Shown: positions 50,585 through 63,126, counted from the first letter of the stretch. The stretch is DNA of 64,000 nucleotides from Sphyrna mokarran (GCA_024679065.1 JAGIQG010000027.1:6076001-6140000), one strand, 5' to 3'. A program made the numbers and translations. Notes: generated by a model not told the origin, from the sequence alone.

Positions 50585-50908
50585 TGGTGGCACATTGGTT
50601 AGCACTGCTGCCTCATAGTTAACTTGGTTTGATTCCCTGGTAGTCATGGTATAGAGTTTGCACGTTCTCCGCGTGTCTGCATGGACTTCCTCAGTGTGCT
50701 TTAGTTTCCTCCCACAATCCGAAGATGTGCAGGTTAGGTGCTTTGGCCATTCTAAATTGTCCCTTAGTGTCCCAGGATGCATAGGTTCGAGGGATTAGCG
50801 GGGTAAATACGTGTGTTTATGGGTGTGGGGCTTAAGTGGGATTGTAGTTGTGCTGCCTTGATGAGTTGAATGACTTCCTTCTGCGCTGCAGGGTTTCTAT
50901 GATTTCTA
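50585..50908 (+). mobile_element. HE1-type tRNA-derived V-SINE
   Basis: Head 'ggtggcacattggttagcactgctgcctca', V-domain 'gagtttgcacgttctcc..gtgtctgc...gtttcctcccaca.tcc.aagatgtg', and a CR1-derived tail. Flanked by 'ctacaca' on both sides. Confidence 0.88.
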
Positions 50909-51429
50909 CACATGTGCCAGATTATGATCATTCCTAACAAGAGGATCTAACCATCTGTCTATGGCATTACCATCACTGAATCCTCCATTTATCAATACCC
51001 TGGGAGTTACCATTGACTAGAGACCAAAGTGGACTTGCTATATTAATATTGTAGCTACATTAGCAGGTTAGAAACTAGGAATCCTATGGTGAATAACTCA
51101 CCACCTTTCTCCTCAAAACCTGTCCAACATCTACAAGGCACAAGTCAAGAGTGTGATGGAAAAATCTTTACTTGCCTGGATAAATGCAGTTCCACTTAAG
51201 AACCTTGACCCTATCTAGAAGAAGGCTGCCCATTTGATTGAACCCCATCTACAAACATTCATTTTGTCCTCCACTGACCCATAGTAGCAGCAATGTGTAC
51301 TATTTACAAGATGCACTTCAGCAACTCAACAAGATGTTTGACAACACCTTCCAATTGCATGAGCAGTACTATATAGAAGGACAAGGACTGCAGATACAAG
51401 GAGACACCTCCACCTGCAAGCGGAGGACA

Positions 51430-52047
51430 TGCCCGGTCTAATTCAATGGGGACAAGTAAAAATAGTCGAGAGTTCAAGTTTTTAGGTGTTCCCCCCCACC
51501 CCCATGCCAAAATAGAGTCTACCAATACCTCTACTTTGTCAGAAGTCTAAGAAAATTTGGCAAGCCCACTGCGACACTCACCAGCTTTTACAGATGCACC
51601 ATAGGAAGCATGAATGTACTACAGCTTGGTGTGACTCCTGCTCTATCCAAGGCTGCAAGAAACTACAAAAGACCATGATCAAGGCCCAGTCCATCACTCA
51701 AACCAGTCTCCCACACATTGACACCATCTGCACTTCCTGCTGCCTCAGGAAAACCAGGCACGCACCTCTGACAAACACTCTTCCATCTTCTTCTGTCAGG
51801 AAAATGATACAAAAATCTGAGGACACGTACAACTGACTGAAGAACAGCTTCTTCCGTGCTGCCAAGAGACTTTTGAATGGACTTACCTTGCATTAAGTTA
51901 ATCTTTCTCTACAACCTAGCTATGACTGTAACACAATATTCTGCACACTGTCCTTTCTCTATCTATAGTATGCTTTTTCTGTATAGTGTGGAAGAAACAA
52001 TACTTTTCACTGTACACCAATATATGTGACAATAGTACATCAAATCA
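51430..52047 (+). mobile_element. Rex1/Babar LINE 3' fragment
   Basis: Decayed FKFLGV, LYFVRSLRKFG..LTSFYRCTI and LKNSFF motifs. Tail 'tacttttcactgtac...gtgacaata...caaatcaa'. Confidence 0.75.
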
Positions 52048-52289
52048 AGCCACTCACCAACCTGATTTGGAACTATCTCCTTGTCCTTTCGCAGTTGCTG
52101 GGTCAAAATCCCAGAACTCCCTTCTTAACAGCACTTTGGATATACCAAACCAATGGACTGCAGTGGATCAAGAAGGCAGCTCAACACACCATCTTGAGGG
52201 CAGTTATGAATGGGCGATAAAGCTGGCCTAGCCAGTAATGTCCAAATTCCATGAATAAATAAATAAAAAATAAACATGGATGATGTGCG

Positions 52290-52540
52290 GTAGGAAGTGA
52301 TTGGCGGCATTTCTATCCCCTTGTACAACACAGAAGCAGGCCAGAGGAGTTGGTGGAAGCAGGCACATTGGCAATATTTAGGAGTCAACTGGATAGATAC
52401 ATGGATAGGGAGGGAATAGGGCGGTATGGACCAAGTAAGGACAGAAGACTTATTTAAAGTTAGGGCATCATGATTGGCACAGGCTTGAAGGGCTGAAGGG
52501 CCTGTTTCTGTGTTGTACTTTTCTTTGTTCCTTGTTCTTG
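52290..52540 (+). mobile_element. CR1 3' end fragment
   Basis: 'gtggaagcaggcacattggcaatattta...gggctgaagggcctgtttctgtgttgtac...ttgttcttg' tail. Confidence 0.75.
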
Positions 52541-52544
52541 AAGA

Positions 52545-53915
52545 TGGTGCTTTTCATGTAGAGCCTAAATCTCCTCATCATTCTCATCGAACCAGTCATG
52601 CTACTTGCAAGTAGAGGGCCCGAGCATCTTCAGCGTACATGAATGGACAGCATCCCTGAAGTGTGCCCAATCGTCTTTAGCACTGCCTGCGAGCTGTATG
52701 TCAGCAAGCTTGATTTGTATGTCTTCAGCCAGTGCTGAAGCAATGCTGGGGTTCCTTAGCTTGGCCACATTGATCCTTTTCATAATCTTGCTTCTTGTGA
52801 TCACCTCTTGGGTCTGATGCAGAGCCTCATTTTGGAGACAACGAGTCTATGATCTGTCCAGCAGTCAGCACCTCATGTGGCCTTGGTCACTCTGACATCC
52901 TGCCTGTCTTTTCTCCTGACAATGACATAGTAGATAAGATGCCAATGCTTAGAGCCAGGTTGTATCCAGGAACTTCAGTTACGGGTAGGGCTGCAATGTC
53001 GATGTTGTATCTTGCAAGCTCTCTGGCAACTAAGGCTATGCTTCTCTCTGGTCTGTCTGCTGTAGGGTTGTCCAAAAGCATGCACACGTTCCAAATGCCA
53101 ACGGTGAGCAGTGTCACCTTGTGTCTTATTTTGTTTGTTCAACCAGAAGATGGGATCCCTGTCAGCCGCGGTAAACTGACCAGTGTGAAGGCAATGTTTA
53201 GGGCACCTTTTCTAGCCCCTTCCTCAATCCATGGAAGTGAGCAATGCGTTCCTGAAGAGGACTGCTCAGATGCCCAGGTAGATGCTGAGTTTCACTGTTG
53301 CTTCAGTCAGCAGAAAATGACCATTAAACCTGAGCCGCCTATTTGCAGGTCCATGATTACAGCTTCCAGTGTATCAGCACCTGCCGCTTTGCTGCTTGCC
53401 CGTTGCCACAGGACTTCAAAGGTTGAACAGGACACTGGATTAAAGTGAGGGAGAGTTGCACAGCGTCAGCCTCGCTCTGTCTTCCCAATTTCCATCTGGG
53501 TCCAGTGGCAATACAAGAGTCAAGATGGCTGGAGATGGGAGTAAGTGCAGTGGATGACCAGGACAGCTTCTGTATCTTGTCCTGCTCTTCACATTCCATG
53601 ACGCTTGCAGAGACTGCCACCTTGACCGTTCGACCTTCCACTAGTCTCAACCACTCAATCCACTGGAGTCTCTCTTCACATGCTGGGATAGACATCTCCC
53701 TATCTCACAGGGTTGAGACCCATCGGCTACCTTCACCTATTTTAGCCAGCTTGTCAAGGCCATTGCCCAGGATGTGGCCACTGTCGCTTGCAAAAAGCTA
53801 CGGGAAGCCACAGGTGAGAGCTGAGTGCCAAGTGGGGACAAAGGGTGGACAAACCACTCTGAAAAGGATGCGATATGCTCCCCCACCAGAGGTAACACCC
53901 CTCCCTGACAACATA
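52545..53915 (-). mobile_element. RTE-clade LINE 5' part (long 5' UTR plus internally deleted APE endonuclease)
   Basis: ORF 52887..53117 LTVGIWNVCMLLDNPTADRPERSIALVARELARYNIDIAAL is the canonical RTE N-terminus. The end of the APE domain (RGADCWTDHRLVVSKM) and linker (ORF 52601..52804) follow. About 800 nt of GC-richer 5' UTR. Confidence 0.9.
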
Positions 53916-54157
53916 GTCTCAGGATAGTAGTGACCTAAGAGTGCAGTTACTCCTGCTATTCACTTCTCGGCCAGTCACTTAGATATCATCGCACAATGCC
54001 CATGATGATGATTTTTCTGATAGTACTTGTGGGAAGGCGTGACTTGGTGTGTTCTGGAAAGGGGGAAAATTCACATAGCTATACGAACTAGCCTCAGAGG
54101 AAGACTATTTTGCACATGAATGAATTTGAGAGTCTAATTCCTCCCATCTGCCACACT

Positions 54158-55808
54158 AAAGAACAAAACAGCACGGGAAACAGGCCCTTTGACCCAACGA
54201 GCCCGTGCCACCATCCCGATGTTCCCACCTCTACCGTGATCCCTGTCTATGTTTATAGATCTATGGATTAAAAACCAAATTTGAGACAATTTAGGGAGAA
54301 TTTGTTTTGCCAATTAACCTAAGAGCACATCTTTGGGATGTGGGAGGAAATCGGAGCACCCGGAGAAAACCGACACAAGCACGGGGAGAATGCGCAAACT
54401 CCCACAGACACAGGCCCAAATCCGTGTATCTGCACAGCACAGTGATAGTCACTGAGCTGTCGTGTTACCCATCAAATGGTCCAGGTCAAGTGTACACTAA
54501 CAACGTGAAGCACTAAGATACTCTTGAAAAAAATCAAAGAGCAGCCCTCTCACGATTTATCGCATGTATGCCCCTTGTTAGACAACAAAGCGGACCAAAG
54601 CACTTGTAGGATAAAAACAAGTACATCAATATCATCATCTATTTCCACACTTCCCAGGAACTCCCAAGGCTCATGATCCCTACTTTAAATCAGTTTTCTA
54701 TACCCCTCCATTCCCATTCTGTTCATGTGCCTATCTAAGTATTTCTTAAATAACTCGAGTGCCTGCCTCCACCAGTTTACTTGGCAGCGCATTCCATACC
54801 CCCACCACCCTCTGTGTGAAAAAACTCCCTCTAGCATCCAAATTATACTTTACCCCTCTCATCCTAAGCCCGTGACCCCTCGTGCTATTCGAGTCCATCC
54901 TAAGAAAGAGCTTAACTCTGTTTATCTATACCCCTCATAATCTTGTACACCTCTATTAGATCTCCTCTAAGTCTACGTCTTTCTAAGGAAAACAGTCCCA
55001 ATTTGCCTAACCTCTCCTTGTAACTCAGGCCTTCCATACCAGGCAGCATCCTGGTAAACCTCCTCTGCACTTTCTCCAGAGTCTCCACGTCCTTCCGGTA
55101 GTAAGGCGACCAGAACTGGAAGCAGTATTCCAAATGAGGTCTAACCAACGTTTTATACAACTGCAACATTAAAGGCCAGCTCTTGTACTCTATACCCCTT
55201 CCTATAAAGGCTAACATACTATATGCTTCCTTCACAACCTTCTCCACTTGCTCTGCCACCTTCAGAGACTTGTTCACCTGCACCCCCAGGTCCCTCTGCG
55301 TTTCTATACTCTTAATAGGTCTACCCTTTATCATATACCTCCCCCCTACATTCTTTCTCCTGAAATGCATCACTTCACATTTATCAGGATTGAATTCCAT
55401 CTGCCATCTATCTGCCCAAGCTACCAGCCTATCTATGTCCTGCTGCATTGCCTGACAATGCTCCTCACTATCCGCAAGTCCAGCAATCTTTGTATCATCT
55501 GCAAACTTGCTGATCACTCCACTTACTCCCTCTTCCAAGTCATTTATATATATTACAAATAGAAGAGGTCGCAGTACTGAGCCCTGCGGCACACCACTAG
55601 TGACCGACCTCCAGCTAGAAAAACACCCTTCCACTATTACTCTTTGTCCCCTACTACTGAGCCAGTTACTTATCCATCTAGCTACCTGTCCTTATATCCC
55701 ATGGGCCTTGACTCCCATGAGGGACTTTGTCAAACGCCTTACTAAAATCCATATAGACGACATCAACGGCTTGCCCTTTGTCAACCGTTTTCGCCACCTC
55801 CTCAAAAA
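54158..55808 (-). mobile_element. Young CR1 LINE, SINE-tailed subfamily (second copy)
   Basis: ORF 54912..55634 is nearly identical to the 34769-35500 translation. The 3' UTR is the reverse complement of 35700-36260. Confidence 0.95.
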
Positions 55809-56245
55809 ATAATTGCACTTATTTGGCGTGGGGCTAGAGAGATGTAATTATGTCCACTACTCACTTCTCAGCCAATCGCTTTAGCCATCATCACTTGGCA
55901 GAACCGACAGGGAGGCATGATTCTGTGTATAGAAAGTGAAAAAATTCACACAGTTACTGTAACCCAAACCCTAACCCTCTGAAAGTCAATTTCTCCCATC
56001 ATAGAAACAGAGTTCAATGAATTGCAACAAATGGTGCTTGAGAATTTCAAAGATTTTGGATATGAATTAACTGAAGTGCAAGATCCAAGGGAAGAGCTGT
56101 TAATGATTATTCCATCATTTAAAAACAAAATTGATATTTTCCAGAAACAGAGAAGCCTGAATCACTGTTTCACGAATAATCTGGCAGTACAACTGTTTGT
56201 GCATGAGAGCTATATAGATGCTGGTTCTGCAGAGTAAGATTGAGA

Positions 56246-56595
56246 TCACACAGAATCCTCTCAATGCAAAAGGAGGCTACTCGGCCCATCAAATCTGCAC
56301 CGACTCTCCAGCAGATCATTGTACTTGAGCCTTACCCATTCCTGTAACTCCATGTGTTTATCCTGCTAATCCCCTTAACCTACACATCGTAGGATGCTAA
56401 CGGGCAATTTAGCATTGCCAATCCATGTAACCTGCACATCTTTGGAGTGTGGGCGGAAACCAAAGCACCTGGAGGAAACCCATGCAGACATGGGGAAAAC
56501 ATGCAAACCTCACATAGACAGTCACCTAAGGCCAGAATTGAACTCATGGCACTTTGAGAAAGTAGTGCTAATGACAGTGCCACCATGCCACCCAT
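56246..56595 (-). mobile_element. HE1-type V-SINE
   Basis: Reverse-complement tRNA head (56560-56595), V-domain (56430-56520) and CR1-like tail (56246-56300). Confidence 0.88.
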
Positions 56596-56842
56596 AGACT
56601 GCAGAACTCTTGATTGAAATCAAAATATTGTTTGGATAAATCTAACCAGGCCAAAATGTTATTTGTAAGTATTAGGTCAAACTTTTGTGCTTATAATATA
56701 ACCTCAGAACCACATTGAATGGAGCTTTATCACAAAATAAAGCTTTCTTAAAGATTTAATGAACTTATAGACAAAGATTTTTCTCATTGGTGTAAATTAA
56801 TAACATGACAAAATGGTGATTTATCAGTTTTCAAAGCCTAAA

Positions 56843-57800
56843 ATCTCAGGGATCGGTGCTATGTTCATTGTTATTTGTTATTTATATTAATGATTTAGAT
56901 GAGAATTTAGGAGGCAAGATTAGTAAGTTTGCAGGTGGCATGAAGATTGATGGTATAGTGGACACTGAAGAAGGTTATCTAGGATTGCAATGGGATCTTG
57001 ATCATTTGGGCTAGTGGACGGATGAATGATATATAGAGTTTAATTTAAATAAACGTGAAGTGATGCATTTTTGTAGATTGAATTGGGCCAGGACCTAATC
57101 AATTACTGATTGGGCATTGGGGAGAGTTGTAGAACAAAGAGATTCAGGGGTACATGTTCAGAGCTCTTTGAAAGTGGAGTCTCAGGTGGACAGGACCGTG
57201 AAGAAGGCATTCAGATTGCTTGTTTTGTTGGTCAGAACGTTCAATACAGGACTTGGGACATCTTGCTGAAGTTATAGAAGACATTGATAAGGCCACCCTT
57301 GGAATATTGTTTACAGTTCTAGTCACCCTATTGTCAAAAAGAATATTATTAAACTAGAAGGAGTGCACAAAAGATGTACTAGGATGCTATTGGGACTTGT
57401 AGTTTGAGTTATAAGGTGAGGCTGAATAGACTGGGACTTTTTTCCCTGAAGCGTAGAAGGCTTAGGAGTGATCTAATAGAATTTTATAAAATAATGAGAC
57501 ATAAATCAGCTAGGTAGTCAGTATCTTTTCCCAAAGGTAGGAGAGCCTAAATCTAGGAGGCACAGGTTTAAGGTGAGAAAAAAAGGATCCAGAGTCAATT
57601 TTTTCCACACACAGGGTGGTGAGTGTCTGGAGCGAGCTGTCAGAAGTAGTAGTAGTAGGGTGAGTACAATTTTGTCTTTTAAGAAGCATTTTTTAGATAG
57701 TTACGTGGGTAAGATGAGGGGTATAGAGGGATATTGGCCAAATGTAGGCAATTGGGACTAGTTTAATAGTAAACCTGGGTGGCATGGACAAGTTGGACCG
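56843..57800 (+). mobile_element. Old CR1 LINE; its tail resumes at ~59490-59528
   Basis: Decayed [21 protein letters not shown] and LIEFYKIMR motifs. The tail 'ttggaccg' continues as 'aagagcctgtttccatgctgta' after the nested elements. Confidence 0.85.
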
Positions 57801-57816
57801 AACATAAGAACTAGAA

Positions 57817-58663
57817 CAAAGAACAAAACAGCATGGGAAACAGGCCCTTTGGCCCAACAAGCCCGCGCTGCCACCTCGATGTTCCCACCTCTACCCGTGA
57901 TCCCTGTCTATGTTTATAGATTTATGGATTAAAAACCAAATTTGAGACAATTTAGGGAGAATTTGTTTTGCCAATTAGCCTAAGAGCACACTTGGGATGT
58001 GGGAGGAAACGGAGCACCTGGAGAAAACCACGCAAGCAGGGGGGGATTCGCAAACTCCCACAGACACAGGCCCAAATCCATGTATCTGCACAGCACAGCG
58101 ATAGTCACTGAGCTGTGGTGTTGCCCATCAAATGGTCCAGGTCAAGCGTACACTAACAACATGAAGCACTAGAATACTCTCAAAAAAAATCCACGAACAG
58201 CCCTCTCATGATCCATTGCGTGTATGCCACTTGTTAGACAACAAGGTGGACCAAAACACCTGTAGGATAAAAACAAGTACATCAATATAATCATCTATTT
58301 ACACACTTCCCAGGGACTCCCAAGGCTCATGATCCCCATTTTAAATCAGTTTTCTATACCCCTCCATTCCCATTCTGTTCATGTACCCATCTAAGTATTT
58401 CTTAAATAACTCCAGAGTGCCTGCCTCCACCACTTTACTTGGGAGTGCATTTCATACCCCCACCACCCTCTGTGTGAAAAGACTCCCTCTAGCATCCAAA
58501 TTATACCTTACCCCCCTCACCCTAAGCTCGTGACCCCTTGTGCTATTTGAGTCCATCCCAGGAAAAAGCTTAACCCTGTTTATCTATATCCCTCATAATT
58601 TTGTACACCTCTATTAGATCTCCTCTAAGTCTACGTCTTTCCAAAGAAAACAGTTCCAATTTG
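57817..58663 (-). mobile_element. Young CR1 3' fragment, SINE-tailed subfamily (third copy), with 6-bp TSD
   Basis: Matches 54158-55005. Flanked by ctagaa at 57811-57816 and 58664-58669. Confidence 0.93.
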
Positions 58664-59484
58664 CTAGAAGCAGGAGTATGCCATCTGGGCTCCTCGAGCC
58701 TGCTCTGCCATTCAATAAGATCATGGCTGATCTTTTTCTGGACTCAGCTCCACTTACCTGCCGCTCACTATAACCCTTAATTCCTTTCCTGTTCAAAAAT
58801 GTGTCTATCCTTGCTTAAAAACATTCAATGAGGTAGTCTCAACTGTTTCATTGGGCAGTAAATTCCACAGATTTGCAACCGTCTGTGTGAAGAAGTTCTT
58901 CCTCAACTCAGTCCTAAATCTGCTTCCCCATATTTTGAGGCTATGCTCCCTAGTTCTAGTTTCACCTGCCAAAGGAAACAACTTTCCTGCTTCTATTTTA
59001 GCTATTCATAATCTTATATGTTTCTATAAGATTTCCCCTCAATTATCTGAATTCCAATGAGTATAACCCCCTTCTACTCAGTCTCTCCTCATAATCTAAC
59101 CCTCTCAACCCTGGAATCTAGTAAATCTCCACTGCACCCCCTCCAGTGCCAGTATATCCTTTCTCAAGTATGGAGACCAAAACTGCATACAGTATGCCAT
59201 GTGTGGCCTCACCAGCACGTTATACAGCTGCAACATAACCTCACTGATTTTAAATTCCATCCCTCTAGCATTGAACGACAAAATTCCATTTGCTTTCTTA
59301 ACTATCTGCTGCACTTGCAAACCAGCTCCTTGAGATTCCTGCACAAGGATACTCTGGTCCTTCTGCGTAGCAGCATGCTGCAATTTTTTACCCTTTAAAT
59401 AATAGACCATTTTGCTGTTGTTCCTCCCAAAATGGATGACTTTGCATTTATCAACATTGTATTCCATCTGCCAAATTCTCATCT
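58664..59484 (-). mobile_element. CR1 LINE 3' half (extreme tail at 57801-57816)
   Basis: ORF 59105..59482 WQMEYNVDKCKVIHFG...LVRPHMAYCMQFWSPYLRKD. Confidence 0.9.
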
Positions 59485-60876
59485 GCTCAATTAGAAGAGC
59501 CTGTTTCCATGCTGTAAACCTCTATCTAATTACCTCCTATCTGGGAAACCACTGTTCAGGTGGTTTTTGGATCAAAATACTACAAAGTGGAGGAGAAGAA
59601 TAACTTTCACTATTGGTTGGTATTAATACAGAATTAGAGATTAAAAAGGTTATTTTTTTAAACCTGTGGAGTACAAGTAAATTATGCTCTGTAGCTTGCA
59701 ATAGCAATGCTGCTGAAAAGATGTTTTACCCATGTTATACTTTTATTTGCACACTATGGCTGGAACTTTTTGGCTATCCATGCCAGTGGAGTCTTCTGGT
59801 CTTGCTAACGATGCATCACTGTCACGGGTTTCTCAGTAGTAAGGGATGCGTTCATCAGGAAACCCTGTTGACAATGCTGGGACAAGAAGCTCCTGCCACC
59901 TCAGCTATTGTGAAACATGTAGCAGGTTGCGTGGGAAAACCTTGTCCATTGTTTACTGCGGCCTTTAGACTGTTGTGACTAACCTCGCTTCATTTTGGTG
60001 GTATACAAACATATATAAACATAAATAACATCATAGATGCACAGTTAATTTTTCTTACAGTAAATATGCTGATCCCACTCAATGTGAGGTATGGTTTTTT
60101 TGTAAGAATGTAAGCATTTTTATAATCTCTAAAGTGCGTGTGTTTTAATGTGGATAATTCATGGTGTCTTTCTAGTTGGAGTTGGAAAATGAGACTAAGG
60201 AGTCAAGGACAGGGAGTGGTTGTAGACAGGAATTGAGAACTGGCTGTGGATGAGAGCCAATAACTTAGATAGGCCTTTGGGAATTTGGGAGTGAGTCTAA
60301 TTATGGACAAACACAGGGCCCAAGATGCTTTGGGTGGCACTCTCAGAGTGAAACAAGTTACTGGCTATGTTCCCACTTCACTTAAAATAGTACTGTCTGG
60401 AGGTAACACTTCTTAAATTTTGTCCCATGAGATGGGTGAAACAATTTTCAGTGTGAATACGCAACTGATGTTTTGCAGCTGAAGGAACTACCCAAGGTTA
60501 TAAATGTTTTACCAGAGTAGGTGTATGACTCAATAAAATTATGGGAAATTCTGCATCATAATTTGAAGGTCCATATGATGTTATTCTTAGAGGGAGTGTC
60601 ACTACGTTTTATAACTGGAATAAACATTTAAAGTTCAATCTTCTGTTTATTTCTGTTTGATTTCAAATATTCTTTCACATAAACAATGCATTCTGATAAC
60701 ATCACTATGGAAGCTGGCTTGCAGAAGTCACTGAGCTTTGCAATATGACTGAAGTCAATTAATAGGTTGTGATAGATTTAGACTTTTGGATAACCAACAG
60801 TTGGCGTCTTTAAGTTGACTGCCCATTCAGTGGCAAAGAGGCTCCTGTCATTTTGAAGCTCCACCTCAATTAGATT

Positions 60877-61035
60877 GATGTGGAGATGTCAGTTTGGACT
60901 GGGGTAAGCACAGTAAGAAATCTCATAACACCAGGTTAAAGTCCAACAGTTTTATTTGGCAGCACAAAATTTCTGAAAGTTTGTGCTGCCAAATAAACCT
61001 GAAGGACTTTAACCTGAGGTTATGAGACTTCTTAT
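60877..61035. mobile_element. Penelope-derived fold-back element with ~11-bp TSD
   Basis: Inverted arms 'taagaaatctcataacaccaggttaaagtcc..tttatttggcagcacaaa'/'tttgtgctgccaaataaa...ggactttaacctg.ggttatgagacttctta'. Flanks tcaattagatt (60866-60876) and tcagttagatt (61036-61046). Confidence 0.8.
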
Positions 61036-62349
61036 TCAGTTAGATTTGGCAGACAAGTTGCAGAACACCAACTGCTGTAGCTCATTGGTTGTGGCCTGAA
61101 AATGAGGGTTGGAGTTGATTTTTTTTTGAGGGGATGGCAATTAGCATTACAATTAAAGTATTTTTTCCTTTTGCTTCACTTTTGTCTAAAGCCATTGACA
61201 TTTATTGTGAACGGGTTTGATCTTCCAGCTGGATCCTCTGTGCCCAGGTGGAGTATTCATTTAAAAAGAAAATGATCACTACTTTCATGATCTAATTTTG
61301 CCTCTGACAAGTTTACGTACTCCTAAAGTGTAAGGCTAATACCTTAATGTTATACTAGTAAACCTAAGTAGCTAGTATAACTGAACTTTCTGTACTGTTT
61401 TGCTGAAGCTGTAAAGCAAATCAGAACTTGTAAGTTACAGGTGGCTTAGTTCAATAAAGTTATACAAAGAATCTTTTTGCATAGTCAAACATTTTTATGA
61501 CAGAAAAATTTGTGAGGGTTAGGAGAAGAATAAAGTCAGGAAACAAGAAATTCAGCAAGACTATTTCCTTAGCTTCTGCAGCCAGAAAACACAGGAAGGC
61601 AGTGTAACTTGCTACAGACGGAAAAAAGTCATTTTATTACAGTAAAATGTGGCTGCAAATTACCACATTGGCGATAAGTCACCAAGTGCAGAGCTATTTT
61701 AAGATGGCACCATTCAGTTTTCAAAATGAACAAGTTTTGTTATTAATGCAGATGAGGTAAATGGCTAGGATTTGGAACCCCAATATGTTTTTCTAATGTA
61801 ATTCTTGGACGTCTTTCCTCCTATATAGTAGTAGAATAATATTTTGAATACTATTAGCATCCTGTTTTCTTTAATCACCACTCCCCTCCCCCACATGAAG
61901 ATATCACCATTTACTCAGAATAAAGAACTAACTGCTTTTATTAGTCCAAGGGGAAAAAGGTATTTTAGATATTGTAGTGATTTCCCAGATATGAATAAGC
62001 TTAATCATCAGGACAAGAATTTGTATTGTCATTCTGAGTAGAAACACTACAAAGTAATTCGTGAATATTTCTTCTGCCTGCAATCTTTGTATATTTTTAT
62101 AATTTATATAAGTATTAAGTATTCAAATATTCTTTTGATGTTTATGATGTAAAAATATTAAATATAGGAAATATAAATCATTTAAGATGTTGTTATGTAA
62201 TGACCAATGCACTAATTGCCTTCCATATCCATTGTCATAACAAATAGTACTCAGTTCTCAGTTTATGCCTCAATATTGTAACACAAGGATTGTTAAATGC
62301 AATAAATGAAGCAACAGATTGAAACTTCTACCCATGTTGGGTTTTGGTT

Positions 62350-62815
62350 TAATCACAGAATTGTATGGCACAGGAGTTCATTTGGTTCAATGTGTTGGAA
62401 CCAGCTTACCAAATGCGTAACTCACCTAGTTCCATTCTTCTGCACTCTCCTAGTAATCCTGCACATTCTTTTCCAAACTATAGATTAATCAATTCCCTTT
62501 TGAATGCTTCAATAAATCTACCTCCATCACACTGTCAGGCCAAGCATTCCATACCCCAACCACTTGCTGCATGAGAAAGCTTTTCCTTCAATTGCTATTG
62601 CTTCTTTTACTTTAAATGTGTTCTCTTGTTCCTTTCACAAGTACGAACAGTTTCTCCCTAGCCACTTTGTCCAGATTCATTATGATTTTGAATATCTCTG
62701 TCAAACCTTCTCCCTGCCTTCTTTTCTCTAAGAAAAACAGTCCTATCTCCATAACTCTATCTTCATAACTGCAGTTCCTCATCCCTGGAACCATTCTCGT
62801 GAATGTTTTCTGCAT
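62350..62815 (-). mobile_element. Old CR1 3' fragment
   Basis: ORF 62612..62815 FTRMVPGMR..SYEDR...LFFLEKRR. Confidence 0.85.
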
Positions 62816-63126
62816 ATTTTCTTTTACTTGATCTTCTGGTGAACAGGAAAGGGATAATATCAGAGTATGTGTAGATTGTCTGTCTGAGCAGGATTCAAAC
62901 CAATTGACGAAGTCAAAACTAAGACACCGAGCCTTTCCTTGCTGAGAGTGTATTGATTTTGTCCAGTAATAATACTTTTTGTCTATACCTAGTGTCTCAG
63001 CTATCTCATGTTTGTGTTCAGATATCCATCACCTGTTTCGCTTAACAACCCCTCTTTCTTTTAAAATGGAAACTTTTGAAAACACGAGCTAGCTTTGAAA
63101 TAGTTGAAACAAAATTATATTTTTAT

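Larger units (their letters stand above)
50110..52262 (+). mobile_element. Old CR1-clade LINE 3' half hosting HE1 and Rex1 insertions
   Basis: GIPQGCVLGPTIFSCF (ORF 50180..), IYKAQVKSVME.., and a tail ending 'ccatgaataaataaataaaaaa'. Confidence 0.8.

Noticed and set aside
52849-53927. 199-aa and 160-aa plus-strand ORFs
   Set aside because: They are antisense shadows of the GC-richer RTE element, with no recognisable domain.
55964-55979. Telomere-like (CCCTAA) sequence
   Set aside because: Only about two units, which is expected by chance.
59613-59978. 121-aa ORF in unique sequence
   Set aside because: No homology recognised, no convincing splice context, and a non-ATG start.
49174-60088. 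Isolated exon-like AG...GT segments (e.g. 49174-49280, 60061-60088)
   Set aside because: Such decoys are common in T-rich DNA. The peptides are unrecognised and not supported by neighbouring exons.
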